Numbered from the stretch's first letter, positions 45,457 to 56,636 are shown. The stretch is DNA of 64,000 bases from Oscillospiraceae bacterium (GCA_015064785.1 SVRM01000005.1:362-64361); one strand, 5' to 3'. The notes: generated by a model from the sequence alone, not told the origin. Program-made: numbers and translations.

Positions 45457-46781
45457 GACGGGTTCTGGGGAAAGTCTGCGGGCAGAAATTCCTCCGCGAT
45501 CAGTCCGCGTGTATAGGCAATCAGCTCCGCCGCCGTTTTGTTGTTGGAAACAGCATAATTCTGCACGCCGTGTCCCTTGGCCAGTGCTTCGGTGTAATCC
45601 TTCTGATACAGAATGGTCTGTCCGAAAAAGGTTGTTTTGTAATAGAAAAACGTCGGTATAAACTGCACATTTTCCAGCCGTTTATCCTCGCCCTCCACAA
45701 CGAAATCAAGCGAGAGCAGACCGCCGACCATGTTCTCCGCCTTTGCCATCAGAGAAAAGAAATTGCCAAGCGAATAGGCACACAGCATTCTGTGACCGTC
45801 CCGACCCTCAATCCATTCCACCGGCTGAATCAGATGCGGATGATGCCCGACAACGACATCCACGCCGCAGTCGGCAAAAATTTCCGCAAACGTTTTCTGC
45901 TGCTCCGTCAGCGGCTGATAGCTGTCCTCGCCCCAGTGTACCGACACCACAACAAAGTCCGCTGCCTCTTTTGCTGCCGCCGTCTGTGCGCGGATCACCG
46001 CCTCGTCAAGATACGGGATAATCATATCATACCCAGCCGGCATCGAAAGTCCGTTTGTTCCATAGCAGTAAGACAGGAACGCAATATCGATATCATTGAC
46101 CGTAACAATCCGCGCGGTATTGTAATCCTCGGTGTTTTTATAGCCGCCGATCAGCGTAACCGGCTGGGTATCCCAGAAGTCAATGGTTGCGGCAAGCCCT
46201 TCTGGAAGCATGTCCATCATGTGGTTATTTGCAATGTTGACCACATCAAAGCCGGTGTCGATGAGTGCTGCTGCAAGCTCTCTCGGCGTATTGAAGCGCG
46301 GGTACGCAGAATAGCCGTATGCCGCACCCGCCATCAGCGTTTCCTGGTTGATGAACGACAGGTCATATGCGGCGATATCATCGGCGATTTCGCGGAACAG
46401 ATGTGAAAAGTCGTAATCCTCGCCCTGACCTGCCAGACGCGCCGTCTTCTGCGCTTCCATCCAGATGCCCTCATGCACAATCGCATCACCGACTGCGGCA
46501 AAGGATGCACGCAGCGGTTCGATGATGACAGGCTCCGTGATGGCTTCGGTCATCACCTCTGTTTCCGTTTCCGCCTCTGTCACAGCTTCGGTGACCGCTT
46601 CCGTCACCCATACTGTTTCCGCTGCCTCCGTTGTCTGTTCTGCCGTCTGTGTATCGGCGATGATGCCCGCCTGCGATGCTGTCGTTGTTCCGGTGTCCTG
46701 TCCGCTCACAGACCGACAGCCGCCTGCGGTCATCCCGAGCGTCAGGAGCAGCACTGCTGCCGTCATTTGTTTTACGTTCAT
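45453..46781 (-). CDS. CapA-family (PGA_cap metallophosphatase-like) lipoprotein
   Basis: Internal ATG (46781) with RBS AGGAGA. Signal peptide plus lipobox (LLLTLGMTAGGC). CapA motifs are present (VVSVHWGEDSYQP, VVVGHHPHLIQPVEW). Confidence 0.8.
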   Translation of the reverse strand: MNVKQMTAAVLLLTLGMTAGGCRSVSGQDTGTTTASQAGIIADTQTAEQTTEAAETVWVTEAVTEAVTEAETETEVMTEAITEPVIIEPLRASFAAVGDAIVHEGIWMEAQKTARLAGQGEDYDFSHLFREIADDIAAYDLSFINQETLMAGAAYGYSAYPRFNTPRELAAALIDTGFDVVNIANNHMMDMLPEGLAATIDFWDTQPVTLIGGYKNTEDYNTARIVTVNDIDIAFLSYCYGTNGLSMPAGYDMIIPYLDEAVIRAQTAAAKEAADFVVVSVHWGEDSYQPLTEQQKTFAEIFADCGVDVVVGHHPHLIQPVEWIEGRDGHRMLCAYSLGNFFSLMAKAENMVGGLLSLDFVVEGEDKRLENVQFIPTFFYYKTTFFGQTILYQKDYTEALAKGHGVQNYAVSNNKTAAELIAYTRGLIAEEFLPADFPQNPS

Positions 46782-46855
46782 ATGCGTTTCTCCTGTGTCA
46801 AAACAGGCTGCCATACCGTGTGTACAGCAGCCCTGTTTCAGAGTGTCTTTCGTTT

Positions 46856-48493
46856 TTACTTGATTTCGATCAGGGATTCGTCCCACATCTCGGGTGCCTC
46901 ATAGCCGAGCAGGTTGACGGTGGTAGCCGCAACATCGGACAGACCGAAGGATGCCTTCTGTTCCTTGACGGTATACTTGTCGGAATAGAAGTTATCATAG
47001 ATGATGCAGGGAACGGGGTTGAGGGTATGGGAGGTCTTCGCCTTGGGCGTGCCGTCCTTGTTGTACTTGACCTCACCCTTCTTGTCAAGCTCGTACATTT
47101 CGTCTGCGTTGCCATGGTCTGCGGTGATCAGCGCAACACCGCCGAGCTTGTCCAGAACCTTCAGGATTCTGCCCAGCTGCAGGTCGAGCGCTTCCATGGA
47201 GCAGCGGGTTGCGAGCATGTTGCCGGTGTGGCCGACCATGTCGCCGTTCGGGAAGTTGACGCGGTAGTAGCGGTACTCGCCTGCTTCCAGAGCCGCAATC
47301 AGCTTGTCTGCGATCAGTGCGCACTGCATCCACGGGCGTTCTTCAAACGGAACGACATCGGAGGGAACCTCCACATAGGTTTCGGATTCGTCATCAAACT
47401 TGCCGGAGCGGTTGCCGTTCCAGAAATAGGTCACATGACCGTACTTCTGGGTTTCGGAGATTGCCAGCTGTGCAACACCGGTGTCAGCGAGGTATTCGCC
47501 CATCGTGTTGGTGATTTCCGGCGGGTTGACAAGGTATGCGGACGGGATATGAAGGTCGCCGTCGTATTCGAGCATACCGGCATACTTTACCTTGGGATAA
47601 CGGACGCGGTCGAACTTATCGAAATCAGCGTCGTCAAATGCCTTGGAGATTTCAATCGCACGGTCGCCGCGGAAGTTGAAGAAGATGACAGAGTCGCCGT
47701 CCTCAATGGTACCGACGGGAGCACCGTTTTCAGCGATGACGAAAGGCGGCAGATCCTGGTCGATTGCCTTGGTTTCTGCGCGGTAGGTCTCAATTGCTTC
47801 CTTTGCGGATGCAAACTGACGGCCAAGACCGAGTACGTGGGTCTTCCAGCCTTCCTCGACCATCGCCCAGTTGGCTTCGTAGCGGTCCATGGTGATCTTC
47901 ATGCGTCCGCCGCCGGATGCGATCTTGATATCGAAGGTATCATCGCGCAGATCGGCGATGAATGCTTCAAACGGTTCGACATAGTCAAGGGCGGAGGTTT
48001 CGCCGACATCACGGCCGTCCAGCAGAATGTGGACACGGACACACTTGACGCCGTCTGCCTTTGCGTGTGCGATCATTGCCTTGAGGTGGTCGATGTGGGA
48101 GTGGACGTTACCGTCGGAGAACAGACCGAGGAAATGCAGCGTCTTGCAGTCACCGGTGAGTGCCTTCCAGGTATCGGACTCAAACATCTTGCCGGATTCG
48201 ATGGATTCGGAGACGAGCTTTGCACCCTGCGAGAAGACCTGACCGGAGCCGAGCGCGTTGTGACCGACCTCGGAGTTGCCCATGTCGTCATCAGACGGCA
48301 GACCGACAGCAGTACCGTGTGCACGGAGCGTGACCATCGGGTACTTTTCCATCAGCATATCAAGCGTGGGGGTGTATGCGTGGTAAACGGCGTTGCCAGC
48401 CGTTGCGGGAGCGATGCCGACACCGTCCATGACGATGGTCAGGACAGGACCGCGGACACCTTCAAAATTTGCGAGTTTCTTTAACTGTGCCAT
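46856..48493 (-). CDS. gpmI: 2,3-bisphosphoglycerate-independent phosphoglycerate mutase
   Basis: 545 aa, canonical iPGM N-terminus (GPVLTIVMDGVGI...MGNSEVGHNALGSG) and a C-terminal ADHGNA motif. Confidence 0.95.
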   Translation of the reverse strand: MAQLKKLANFEGVRGPVLTIVMDGVGIAPATAGNAVYHAYTPTLDMLMEKYPMVTLRAHGTAVGLPSDDDMGNSEVGHNALGSGQVFSQGAKLVSESIESGKMFESDTWKALTGDCKTLHFLGLFSDGNVHSHIDHLKAMIAHAKADGVKCVRVHILLDGRDVGETSALDYVEPFEAFIADLRDDTFDIKIASGGGRMKITMDRYEANWAMVEEGWKTHVLGLGRQFASAKEAIETYRAETKAIDQDLPPFVIAENGAPVGTIEDGDSVIFFNFRGDRAIEISKAFDDADFDKFDRVRYPKVKYAGMLEYDGDLHIPSAYLVNPPEITNTMGEYLADTGVAQLAISETQKYGHVTYFWNGNRSGKFDDESETYVEVPSDVVPFEERPWMQCALIADKLIAALEAGEYRYYRVNFPNGDMVGHTGNMLATRCSMEALDLQLGRILKVLDKLGGVALITADHGNADEMYELDKKGEVKYNKDGTPKAKTSHTLNPVPCIIYDNFYSDKYTVKEQKASFGLSDVAATTVNLLGYEAPEMWDESLIEIK

Positions 48494-48713
48494 ATTTATT
48501 GTTTCCTTTCACAGAGGTAATATTTCGGATATCTTATATAGTATACGCCCAATTTATGAACAAGGTTTGAAGAATTGCGATTTTTTGATATTTTTTTCGC
48601 AAAGTTTTTGAATTTTTTCATAAAAGAACGGAAATCGGTCACTCTCTCCTGCCGCAGCATTATAACAAGATGTAAACTTTTTTGAAAAATATGCATCTCG
48701 GGGTGATTTGCAC

Positions 48714-48742
48714 TTGAAAAATCTCCGCAGTTGCGGTATAAT
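48714..48742 (+). promoter_or_regulatory. Candidate sigma-A promoter of the dcw operon (rsmH)
   Basis: TTGAAA (48714-48719), a 17-nt spacer, then TATAAT (48737-48742). Confidence 0.6.
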
Positions 48743-48802
48743 ATAGTATCAATGCTATTTTTCATTCAAGCGGCGAAAATGCCCGCATCGGAGGCTTTCA
48801 TC

Positions 48803-49762
48803 ATGACCGATTCGCAAACGAACAGCACACCCGAATTTTCCCATTATTCCGTCATGCTCACAGAATGTGTGGACGGGCTGAACATTGACCCGACGGGCGT
48901 CTATGTAGACTGTACGCTTGGCGGCGGCGGGCATTCGCTGGAAATCGCACGCCGACTGACCACGGGCAGGCTCATCTGCATCGACCAGGATGAAGCCGCG
49001 ATCCGTGCCGCCTCGCAAAGACTGTCCGAGGTTGCCGACCGCGTCATTTTTGAACACGACAATTTTTCCAACATCCGCGCGATTCTGGACAGAAACGGCG
49101 TGGATGCCGTGGACGGTGCGCTGATCGACCTCGGTGTTTCCTCCTATCAGCTGGACACACCCGAGCGCGGCTTTTCCTACAACTACGACGCGCCGCTCGA
49201 TATGCGCATGAACCCCGATGCACCGATCTCGGCATACCATATCGTCAACGAAACACCGTTTGAGGAGCTGCGCCGCATCATCACCGAATACGGCGAGGAG
49301 CGGTTTGCCAATCAGATCGCCAAAAACATTGTCCGCGCACGTGAGGAAAAGCCGGTGGAGACGACGTTTGAATTGGTAGAGCTGATCAAAAAGTCCATTC
49401 CGCCGAAAAACCGGCAGGACGGCGGTCATCCCGCCAAGCGCACCTTCCAGGCCATCCGCATCGCCGTCAACGACGAACTTGCAATCATTGAACCGACCGT
49501 CAATGCACTCATCGATGTGCTCGCGCCCGGCGGACGGCTGTGCGTCATCACCTTCCACTCGCTGGAGGACCGCATCGTCAAGCAGACGTATCAGGCAGCG
49601 GCAAAGGGCTGTACCTGTCCGCCCGACTTTCCCGTCTGCATCTGCGGAAAGAAGCCGAAAATCGACATCATCACCCGCAAGCCGCTGACTGCAACCGAGG
49701 CAGAGCTTGCCGAAAACAACCGCTCCCACAGCGCAAAGCTGCGAATCGCAGAGAGGGTATAA
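48803..49762 (+). CDS. rsmH: 16S rRNA (cytosine1402-N4)-methyltransferase
   Basis: The ATG at 48803 follows a GGAGG RBS. The sequence (HYSVMLTECVDGL...YVDCTLGGGGHS...ITFHSLEDRIVKQ) is canonical MraW/RsmH. Confidence 0.93.
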   Translation: MTDSQTNSTPEFSHYSVMLTECVDGLNIDPTGVYVDCTLGGGGHSLEIARRLTTGRLICIDQDEAAIRAASQRLSEVADRVIFEHDNFSNIRAILDRNGVDAVDGALIDLGVSSYQLDTPERGFSYNYDAPLDMRMNPDAPISAYHIVNETPFEELRRIITEYGEERFANQIAKNIVRAREEKPVETTFELVELIKKSIPPKNRQDGGHPAKRTFQAIRIAVNDELAIIEPTVNALIDVLAPGGRLCVITFHSLEDRIVKQTYQAAAKGCTCPPDFPVCICGKKPKIDIITRKPLTATEAELAENNRSHSAKLRIAERV

Positions 49763-49944
49763 TCTCTGAAAAACAAGTATCCCCGTCTGTTTCGCATGAT
49801 GATTCAGACAGAAATCGATCCGTCGACAGGCAAACGCATCCAAGCCTTCTCCGGTGAGAGAAGGTGATCGGAAGACGGATGCGTCGTCATCCAAAGCACA
49901 GCACACAAAATCACGATCCAAAATCACGAAAGGAAGGCAGTATA

Positions 49945-51108
49945 ATGAACCAAAACAGAAATACCCCGCCGGATCCACGCGATTACGATATGTACTCGGC
50001 CTTCCGCACCAAAGAAAAAGGCGAAGCACGCAGACAGCAGCGTCAGACAAAAAAATCCTCCTATTTTGATTCTTACGCCCACCGTGCAGAAGAAGAACAG
50101 AAGGCAGCCCGTGAAGCACGCCGCCGTCAGGCACAGGCAGATGCCGCATACCGCCGACAGTACGAAGAACCGCAGAATCAGGTAAGACAGAACCCCGCGG
50201 CTCCAAATCGCGGCGGTCAGGGACAGAACCGCATCACCTACGGACAGGGACTGTCCAATCCGAGCCGTCCGCGTGTGCGTACCGAGGTTCCGCTGCCCGG
50301 AGAAACACCGGCACCGCGCCGCAGCAAAAGAAATACCGCAGCCCAGAACTATGGTACCCGTGTTCAGAACGACGGCGACGACGTATACCGCTACGGATAT
50401 CATTCCAGCTACCGTACCTCGGACGGCCGCATTCTCGACGGCTTTGACGCGAAGGGACGTCCGATCTACCGCGAGGAAACTGCATCGGGCGGCGCCGCTG
50501 TGGTCCGCCGCACAGAATTTGCACCGGAAGCCGCGGATGATTACCGTCCGCCGCGCAGAATCCGCGTTGAAACCCTGGCCGATACCGATACCAAACCGTT
50601 CCCATTCAAAATCGTCCTGACGGTCGTATTCTGTACGGCACTTGTCATGGCAGTGCTATATTCCTACATGCGATTGAACGAATACACCAATACCCTCTCG
50701 TATCTGTCCTATCAGCTCAGTGGTCTCCGCTCGGAAACCAATACCCTGCAAGCGGAGCTTGTCCGCCGCGAGGATCTGCTGTCCATCGAACAGACTGCGG
50801 CGGAAATCCTCGGTATGGTCAAAACCGATGTCCTGACCAAAAAGTATGTCACCATCGAAAACGAAGATAAAACTGAGGTTGTTTCCAAGCTCGAGGAAGA
50901 AGCCAAAAAACGCACCTCCGTCGAAATCGATCTCAATACCGGCAAGCCCATCAACCCGCAGGAAGGCGGAAGCGGCTATATCCCGCCCAAGCCCGTCACC
51001 CCGGAAACCGAGGCGCCTGTCACAGAAGTCCCCGAGACCGATGCACCGACAGAGGATACCGCCCCCGCGGATACCCAACCCGCAGATACAACAGAGGAAA
51101 ACTCATAA
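49945..51108 (+). CDS. ftsL: Cell division protein FtsL-like with a long disordered N-terminal extension
   Basis: The ATG at 49945 follows AAGGAAGG. About 215 aa of Arg/Gln/Tyr-rich low-complexity sequence is followed by one TM helix (IVLTVVFCTALVMAVLY), a coiled coil and the stretch IEQTAAEILGMVK typical of FtsL. The tail is Pro/Thr/Glu-rich. The gene sits between rsmH and the PBP gene. Confidence 0.7.
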   Translation: MNQNRNTPPDPRDYDMYSAFRTKEKGEARRQQRQTKKSSYFDSYAHRAEEEQKAAREARRRQAQADAAYRRQYEEPQNQVRQNPAAPNRGGQGQNRITYGQGLSNPSRPRVRTEVPLPGETPAPRRSKRNTAAQNYGTRVQNDGDDVYRYGYHSSYRTSDGRILDGFDAKGRPIYREETASGGAAVVRRTEFAPEAADDYRPPRRIRVETLADTDTKPFPFKIVLTVVFCTALVMAVLYSYMRLNEYTNTLSYLSYQLSGLRSETNTLQAELVRREDLLSIEQTAAEILGMVKTDVLTKKYVTIENEDKTEVVSKLEEEAKKRTSVEIDLNTGKPINPQEGGSGYIPPKPVTPETEAPVTEVPETDAPTEDTAPADTQPADTTEENS

Positions 51109-51160
51109 TTTCACCGATCCTCCGATATACTGAATGCAAAGAAAGGAGACGCCGTACCGT

Positions 51161-53458
51161 ATGTTCATAAAACCGGATCCCATTATCATGAAACGCGGCT
51201 CGTTTGTTCTCGGCGGTGCCATACTGCTGTGGCTGCTGCTGATTGTCCGCCTGTTCTGGCTGCAGATTGTCAGCTACGACGAATACCACCGTGTCGTCAT
51301 CGAAAATATCACGTCCCAGTCGCAGATTGCCGCCCCGCGCGGTGTCATTTACGACTGCAACATGACCGAGCTTGCGATCAATACTACCGTACAGCGCGTG
51401 TTTATCGCACCGAATGAAATCACGGAAAAGGAATACAAAAAAGACGACGAAACCATCACTGTAACCGTAGAAGAACAGAAGACCCAGGCGGCACGATATC
51501 TGTCCGAGCTGCTCGAGGTCGACTACGACACGATCATGGAAAAGGCGGATAAGAGCTGGCGTGCGGACGAAACCATCAAGAATTACGTCCCCAAGGATAT
51601 CGCCGACCAGATCCGCGTCTTCATCGACGAAAACGACTTTGACTTCATCCATCTTCAGGATCAGACCAAGCGCTACTATCCGTTCGGCTCGCTTGCGTCC
51701 CATGTCATCGGCTTCACCGGTACCGACGGCACGGGCCTTTATGGGCTCGAGCTGGAATACAACAACTATCTGACCGGTGTTGCGGGCAGAATCATCACCT
51801 CGACCAATGCCCGCGGCGGTTCGATTCCCGCCAAGTACGAAAGCTATACCGAATCCGAATCCGGTTATAACCTTGTCACCACCATCGACTATAAAATCCA
51901 GGCAATGCTCGAACAGCAGGTCATGGATACCTTCTATGACAACAACTCCATGAATCGCTGCTGCGGCATCGTCATGGATGTCAACACCGGCGCCATCCTC
52001 GCCATGGCAACCTACCCGACCTACGACCTGAACAACCCGTCGCAGCTTGACGACTGGTCGCTGTCCCAGCTGACCGCTTATGTCCCGGGTTCCGAGGAAT
52101 ACAACATGGCCGTCTCCAACCTCCGGCAGCAGATGTGGAACAACAAGCCCGTTACGACGCTGTACGAGCCGGGCTCCACGTTCAAGATCATCACAGCGGC
52201 AATGGGTCTGGAAGAAAACTGCTTTGAGGACACGACGCTCTTCACCTGTACCGACCCGTTCTACGTATATCTGTCAGACACCTATAAAACCGAAGTCAGC
52301 TGCTGGCACTACGGCGGTCACGGTACCGTCACCTTCCGCTCCGGACTTCAGCAGTCCTGCAACCCGACGCTGATGCAGGCATCGTGGCTCATCGGTGCAG
52401 AACGCTTCTATAAATACCTACAGGCATTCGGCTTTACCGCGGTCACAGGCATCGATCTGCCGGGTGAGTCCAAGGGTATCTTCCATACGCTTGCCAACCT
52501 CAACATTCTGGAGCTTTCCACCTCCTCCTTCGGTCAGACCTTCAAAACCACGCCGATTCAGGAGCTGACCGCCATCGCCTCCGTTGCCAACGGCGGTACG
52601 CTGATTACCCCGCACGTCGTCACGCGGCTCGTCGATGATGAAGGCAATACGATCGTCGATACCACGCCCGAACCCAAGCGCGTCGTCATCAGCGAAAGCA
52701 CGGCAAAGCTCATCAACGAAATTCTGGAGGAAGGCGTTTCCACTGGCGGCGCGGCAAAGAACGCTTACGTCAAGGGCTACAAGGTCGCCGCAAAGACAGG
52801 TACCTCCGAGAAAACGGATATCCGTAACGAGGAGGGCGAAACCTACCTGCGTATCGGTTCCTGTGTCGCTTATGCTCCGGCAGATGACCCGCAGGTCGCC
52901 TGCATCATCATCTGCGACGAACCGAACGTGGAAAACGTCTTCGGCTCCGTCACGGCAGCACCGTACGTTGCTAAGACAATGGATCAGGTACTCCGCTATA
53001 TGAACATCGACCCGGTTTATTCCGAAGAAGAGCTCGCCGAAATGGAAGTCACCGTCGGCGGCTATACCGGTCTTCCGCTCGTCGATGCCATCCAGCTGCT
53101 CAACGAAAAGGGACTGTCCTATGTGGTCCGCGGCGACGGCAATACCGTCACCCAGCAGGTTCCCAAGAGCGGTACCGTTGTCATTCAGGGTACCGGTCAG
53201 GTGGTTCTGTACACCGGAACCGAAACCCCGCGTGAAAACATCACCGTTCCCGATCTGACAGGATTTACGATCACAGGCGCCACCGACATTCTCGTCGGTA
53301 AGGGTCTGAATATCATTCTGGAGGGTGCAACCCAGTCCTACTCCTCCACCGATTCTTATGCAGTCGCCATCAGCCAGTCCATTCCGCCGTACACCAAGGT
53401 CACACCCGGTACGGTTGTCACAGTCGAATTCCGATTCACCGACGCACGCGACGGCTGA
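51161..53458 (+). CDS. Class B penicillin-binding protein (FtsI/SpoVD-type) with two PASTA domains
   Basis: TM anchor, dimerisation domain, transpeptidase motifs (STFK, SCN, KTGT) and two C-terminal PASTA-like repeats. The ATG at 51161 follows AAAGGAGA. Confidence 0.9.
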   Translation: MFIKPDPIIMKRGSFVLGGAILLWLLLIVRLFWLQIVSYDEYHRVVIENITSQSQIAAPRGVIYDCNMTELAINTTVQRVFIAPNEITEKEYKKDDETITVTVEEQKTQAARYLSELLEVDYDTIMEKADKSWRADETIKNYVPKDIADQIRVFIDENDFDFIHLQDQTKRYYPFGSLASHVIGFTGTDGTGLYGLELEYNNYLTGVAGRIITSTNARGGSIPAKYESYTESESGYNLVTTIDYKIQAMLEQQVMDTFYDNNSMNRCCGIVMDVNTGAILAMATYPTYDLNNPSQLDDWSLSQLTAYVPGSEEYNMAVSNLRQQMWNNKPVTTLYEPGSTFKIITAAMGLEENCFEDTTLFTCTDPFYVYLSDTYKTEVSCWHYGGHGTVTFRSGLQQSCNPTLMQASWLIGAERFYKYLQAFGFTAVTGIDLPGESKGIFHTLANLNILELSTSSFGQTFKTTPIQELTAIASVANGGTLITPHVVTRLVDDEGNTIVDTTPEPKRVVISESTAKLINEILEEGVSTGGAAKNAYVKGYKVAAKTGTSEKTDIRNEEGETYLRIGSCVAYAPADDPQVACIIICDEPNVENVFGSVTAAPYVAKTMDQVLRYMNIDPVYSEEELAEMEVTVGGYTGLPLVDAIQLLNEKGLSYVVRGDGNTVTQQVPKSGTVVIQGTGQVVLYTGTETPRENITVPDLTGFTITGATDILVGKGLNIILEGATQSYSSTDSYAVAISQSIPPYTKVTPGTVVTVEFRFTDARDG

Positions 53459-53530
53459 TCCCGCTGTTTCCGGTCAAAAAAGAAAAGGATGTCAAAACCC
53501 CATACAAAACAAGGAAAGGGTGTTTCTGAC

Positions 53531-55009
53531 ATGACGGTAACAGATCTGTTTGATCCTCTGGCTGATACCGACCTTCTCCGTTTCTCCGATCCTGCGCTGT
53601 TCTCCCTTCCCTGTGCCGCACCGAGGCGGGATTCTCGTCTGGTCGGCGCAGGTGATGTCTTCTTCTGCATCCGCGGCCGTACACACGACGGTCATGCGGC
53701 TATCCCGACTGCTGCCCGAAACGGCGCGGTCTGTGCGGTTCTCGATGACCCCGCCGCAGTACCGCTTGCCGCAGAACATGCACTTCCGTGGATTCTCATC
53801 CGGGATACCGCCGCGGCATTTTTGCCGGCATGTCTGTCATATCACGGTCATCCGGAGCGCGGAATGCAGCTGTATGCCGTGACAGGCACCAATGGAAAAA
53901 CCTCCGTCACCTACCTTTTGGAGGCAATCTTTTCCGCCGCTCCGCAGCACAGCCCCTGTGCCGTGTTCGGCACCGTAGAAAACCGCATTGCCGGGATTCC
54001 GTCCCGCAGTGAAAACACCACACCTGCCCCTGAGGTCACTGCAGCGCTTCTGTCGCAGGCAAGGGATGCCGGCGTGAAAAATGTCCTTCTGGAAGCCTCC
54101 TCGCACGCACTCACACAAAAACGGCTGTCGGGACTGCGCTTTGCCTGCGGGATCTTCACCAACCTGAGTGAGGATCATCTGGACTACCATCTGACGCTGG
54201 AGGACTATTTTCTGGCCAAACGGTCCCTGTTTTTCTCCTGCGACCGGATGCTGGTCAATACAGACGATGCTTTCGGGATGCGGCTGTACCGGGATCCGGC
54301 GTTCCGTTCCGGAATGCATTCCTTTGCACTGTCCGATCCTGCGGCAGACTATCCGCCTCTGTTTCTGCCCCGTGATCTCACGGATACCCCGTGCAGCTTC
54401 ATCGCCGCCAACCGTCTTGCCGCCGCCGCGTGTGCATCGATGGCCGGCGTACCGCAGGAGACCGTCATCCGGGCAATCCGTTCCATGCCGCCGATCCCCG
54501 GCAGAATGGAATGTGTACGTCAAACACCGTTCTCCGTCTATATTGATTATGCGCACACGCCGGATGCACTCCGCCGTGCGCTGACAGGGCTTGGCAATCA
54601 GCTCCGTCAAAAATCGCCGGGAGGACATCTGCACGTCGTCTTCGGCTGCGGCGGTGACCGTGAACGCGAAAAACGCCCGCAGATGGGTGCCATTGCCGCA
54701 TCACTTGCCGACCGCATCATTCTGACCGCAGACAACAGCCGCTCCGAGGATGTCCACGATATCATTGCAGACATTCTCGACGGCATTCCGAATACCGCCC
54801 TTGCAAAAACCGCCGTCATCGAGGACCGCCGCCAGGCCATCCGCCATGTACTGCACACAGCAGAACCCGGCGACACCGTTCTTCTTGCCGGCAAAGGACA
54901 CGAAACCTATCAGACCGACCGGTCGGGAACGCATCCGTTTTCCGAGCGGGAGATCATTCAAGCCTTTTTCACGGCAGAACCACACAACCCCCGATCATCA
55001 CCGAAATGA
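53531..55009 (+). CDS. murE: UDP-N-acetylmuramoyl-L-alanyl-D-glutamate--2,6-diaminopimelate ligase
   Basis: Mur ligase P-loop (VTGTNGKTSVTYLL) and the MurE position in the dcw cluster. The ATG at 53531 follows GGAAAGGG. Confidence 0.9.
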   Translation: MTVTDLFDPLADTDLLRFSDPALFSLPCAAPRRDSRLVGAGDVFFCIRGRTHDGHAAIPTAARNGAVCAVLDDPAAVPLAAEHALPWILIRDTAAAFLPACLSYHGHPERGMQLYAVTGTNGKTSVTYLLEAIFSAAPQHSPCAVFGTVENRIAGIPSRSENTTPAPEVTAALLSQARDAGVKNVLLEASSHALTQKRLSGLRFACGIFTNLSEDHLDYHLTLEDYFLAKRSLFFSCDRMLVNTDDAFGMRLYRDPAFRSGMHSFALSDPAADYPPLFLPRDLTDTPCSFIAANRLAAAACASMAGVPQETVIRAIRSMPPIPGRMECVRQTPFSVYIDYAHTPDALRRALTGLGNQLRQKSPGGHLHVVFGCGGDREREKRPQMGAIAASLADRIILTADNSRSEDVHDIIADILDGIPNTALAKTAVIEDRRQAIRHVLHTAEPGDTVLLAGKGHETYQTDRSGTHPFSEREIIQAFFTAEPHNPRSSPK

Positions 55010-55069
55010 CAGACCTTTGCGGGACTGCCTTCCAACACTCGTGATTTCTGAAAGGACCGTCACTCTCCT

Positions 55070-56518
55070 ATGAAAACACAATTTGATACCTTATCTCATT
55101 CCACGTCCAGTCTTGCCGCAATCATCGGCGGCACCGTCATCCGTGAGAGCAGCGCCTCTCACCGTGGGCTGGTCACCGACTCGCGCATTGTAGAGCCCGG
55201 CAATATCTTCCTCGCCCTGCGCGGCGAAAATGCGGACGGACACAACTTCATAGGAGGTGCCGTTGTGCGCGGCGCTACCTGTGTCATTGCCGAACGGGTC
55301 GCAGAGGAAACCATGCGCGCCATGACGGAGGGCTGTGCCGTGATTCTGGTTCCGAATACCCTCTCTGCACTCGGCGCACTCGGACGCTGGCATATGCTGC
55401 GCACCAACCCTTATGTCATCGCCGTCACAGGCTCCGTTGGCAAGACAACCACCAAGCAGATGATCCACGCGGTACTCTCCGCCGCACATCCGACGATGCG
55501 CACCGAGGGCAACTACAACAACGAAATCGGTCTGCCGCTGACGCTGATGCAGCTGCGTGAGAACGACCGCATTGCCGTTCTGGAAGCGGGCATGAGCTAT
55601 CCCGGCGAGCTGCACCGCCTGTCCCTCATTTGTACGCCCGATACCGTTGTCATCACCAACATCGGTACGTCTCATATCGAAAATCTCGGCTCGCGCGAGG
55701 GCATCCGCGACGCAAAGCTTGAAATGCTCGACGGCATGAAGGCCGGCGGCACGGTCATCCTCAACGGCGACGAGCCGCTGCTCATGGAAAAGCGCGGGGA
55801 GATTCTCGCCCGCGGACTGATCCCCGTCTATATTGCAAAGACAAACCCCGATGCGGATTATCTGGCCGAGAACATCCGCATGACCACACAGGACTGCACC
55901 TTTGATATGCGCTGTACGGCGGACGACACCGTCATCCGCGATCTGCACATTCCCGTTACCGGTGAACATAACGTCTCCAACGCCATGGCCGCCTATCTCT
56001 GCGGTCAGGCACAGAACATGACCGATGCGGACATCCGCCGCGGGCTTGATGCCTTTGAAAACACCGGTATGCGCCAGAAAATTTTCGACTGGAGAGGCAT
56101 CACCGTCATCGAGGACTGCTATAACGCCAGCCCCGAATCCATGGAAGCCGCGCTGCGCGTGCTTGGTACCTTATCAAAGGAAACGAACGGCGGCAGATCC
56201 GTCGCTGTCCTCGGCGACATGAAGGAGCTCGGTTCCTATGCGCCGCGTCTGCACAAGCGCGTCGGACGCTTCCTCGGCGAGTCCGGCATCGACGATCTTG
56301 TCACCGTCGGTGAAGAAGCCGCAGACATCGCCGCAGGTGCGGTCATCGGCGGTATGGCAGAGGAACACATCATGCAGTTCCCGGCAGCCGGCGATGACAG
56401 CATTCCCGCCATTGCCGATTATCTCCGCGCACATCTTGTCCCCGGCGATACGGTTCTCTTTAAGGCAAGCCGCGCCATGGCACTGGAACGCATCGTCGAT
56501 GCATTGATCGCAGAATGA
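55070..56518 (+). CDS. murF: UDP-N-acetylmuramoyl-tripeptide--D-alanyl-D-alanine ligase
   Basis: 482 aa with P-loop (VTGSVGKTTTKQM). Typical MurF order after murE. Confidence 0.92.
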   Translation: MKTQFDTLSHSTSSLAAIIGGTVIRESSASHRGLVTDSRIVEPGNIFLALRGENADGHNFIGGAVVRGATCVIAERVAEETMRAMTEGCAVILVPNTLSALGALGRWHMLRTNPYVIAVTGSVGKTTTKQMIHAVLSAAHPTMRTEGNYNNEIGLPLTLMQLRENDRIAVLEAGMSYPGELHRLSLICTPDTVVITNIGTSHIENLGSREGIRDAKLEMLDGMKAGGTVILNGDEPLLMEKRGEILARGLIPVYIAKTNPDADYLAENIRMTTQDCTFDMRCTADDTVIRDLHIPVTGEHNVSNAMAAYLCGQAQNMTDADIRRGLDAFENTGMRQKIFDWRGITVIEDCYNASPESMEAALRVLGTLSKETNGGRSVAVLGDMKELGSYAPRLHKRVGRFLGESGIDDLVTVGEEAADIAAGAVIGGMAEEHIMQFPAAGDDSIPAIADYLRAHLVPGDTVLFKASRAMALERIVDALIAE

Positions 56519-56636
56519 TTGGATTATTGTCCCTGTACTTGCAGAGGCAATTCACGAATCGTCCATTTTTCATAGAAGATCAAATGTAAAATGTCATATA
56601 GAAAATTGATGAACCCCTAAAACAAAGGAGCCCAAA

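Noticed and set aside
48496-48765. 89-aa minus-strand ORF in the gpmI/rsmH divergent region, checked as a possible mraZ.
   Set aside because: It is on the wrong strand for the dcw operon, is AT-rich promoter DNA, shows no SpoVT/AbrB-like MraZ repeat pattern, and has no RBS.
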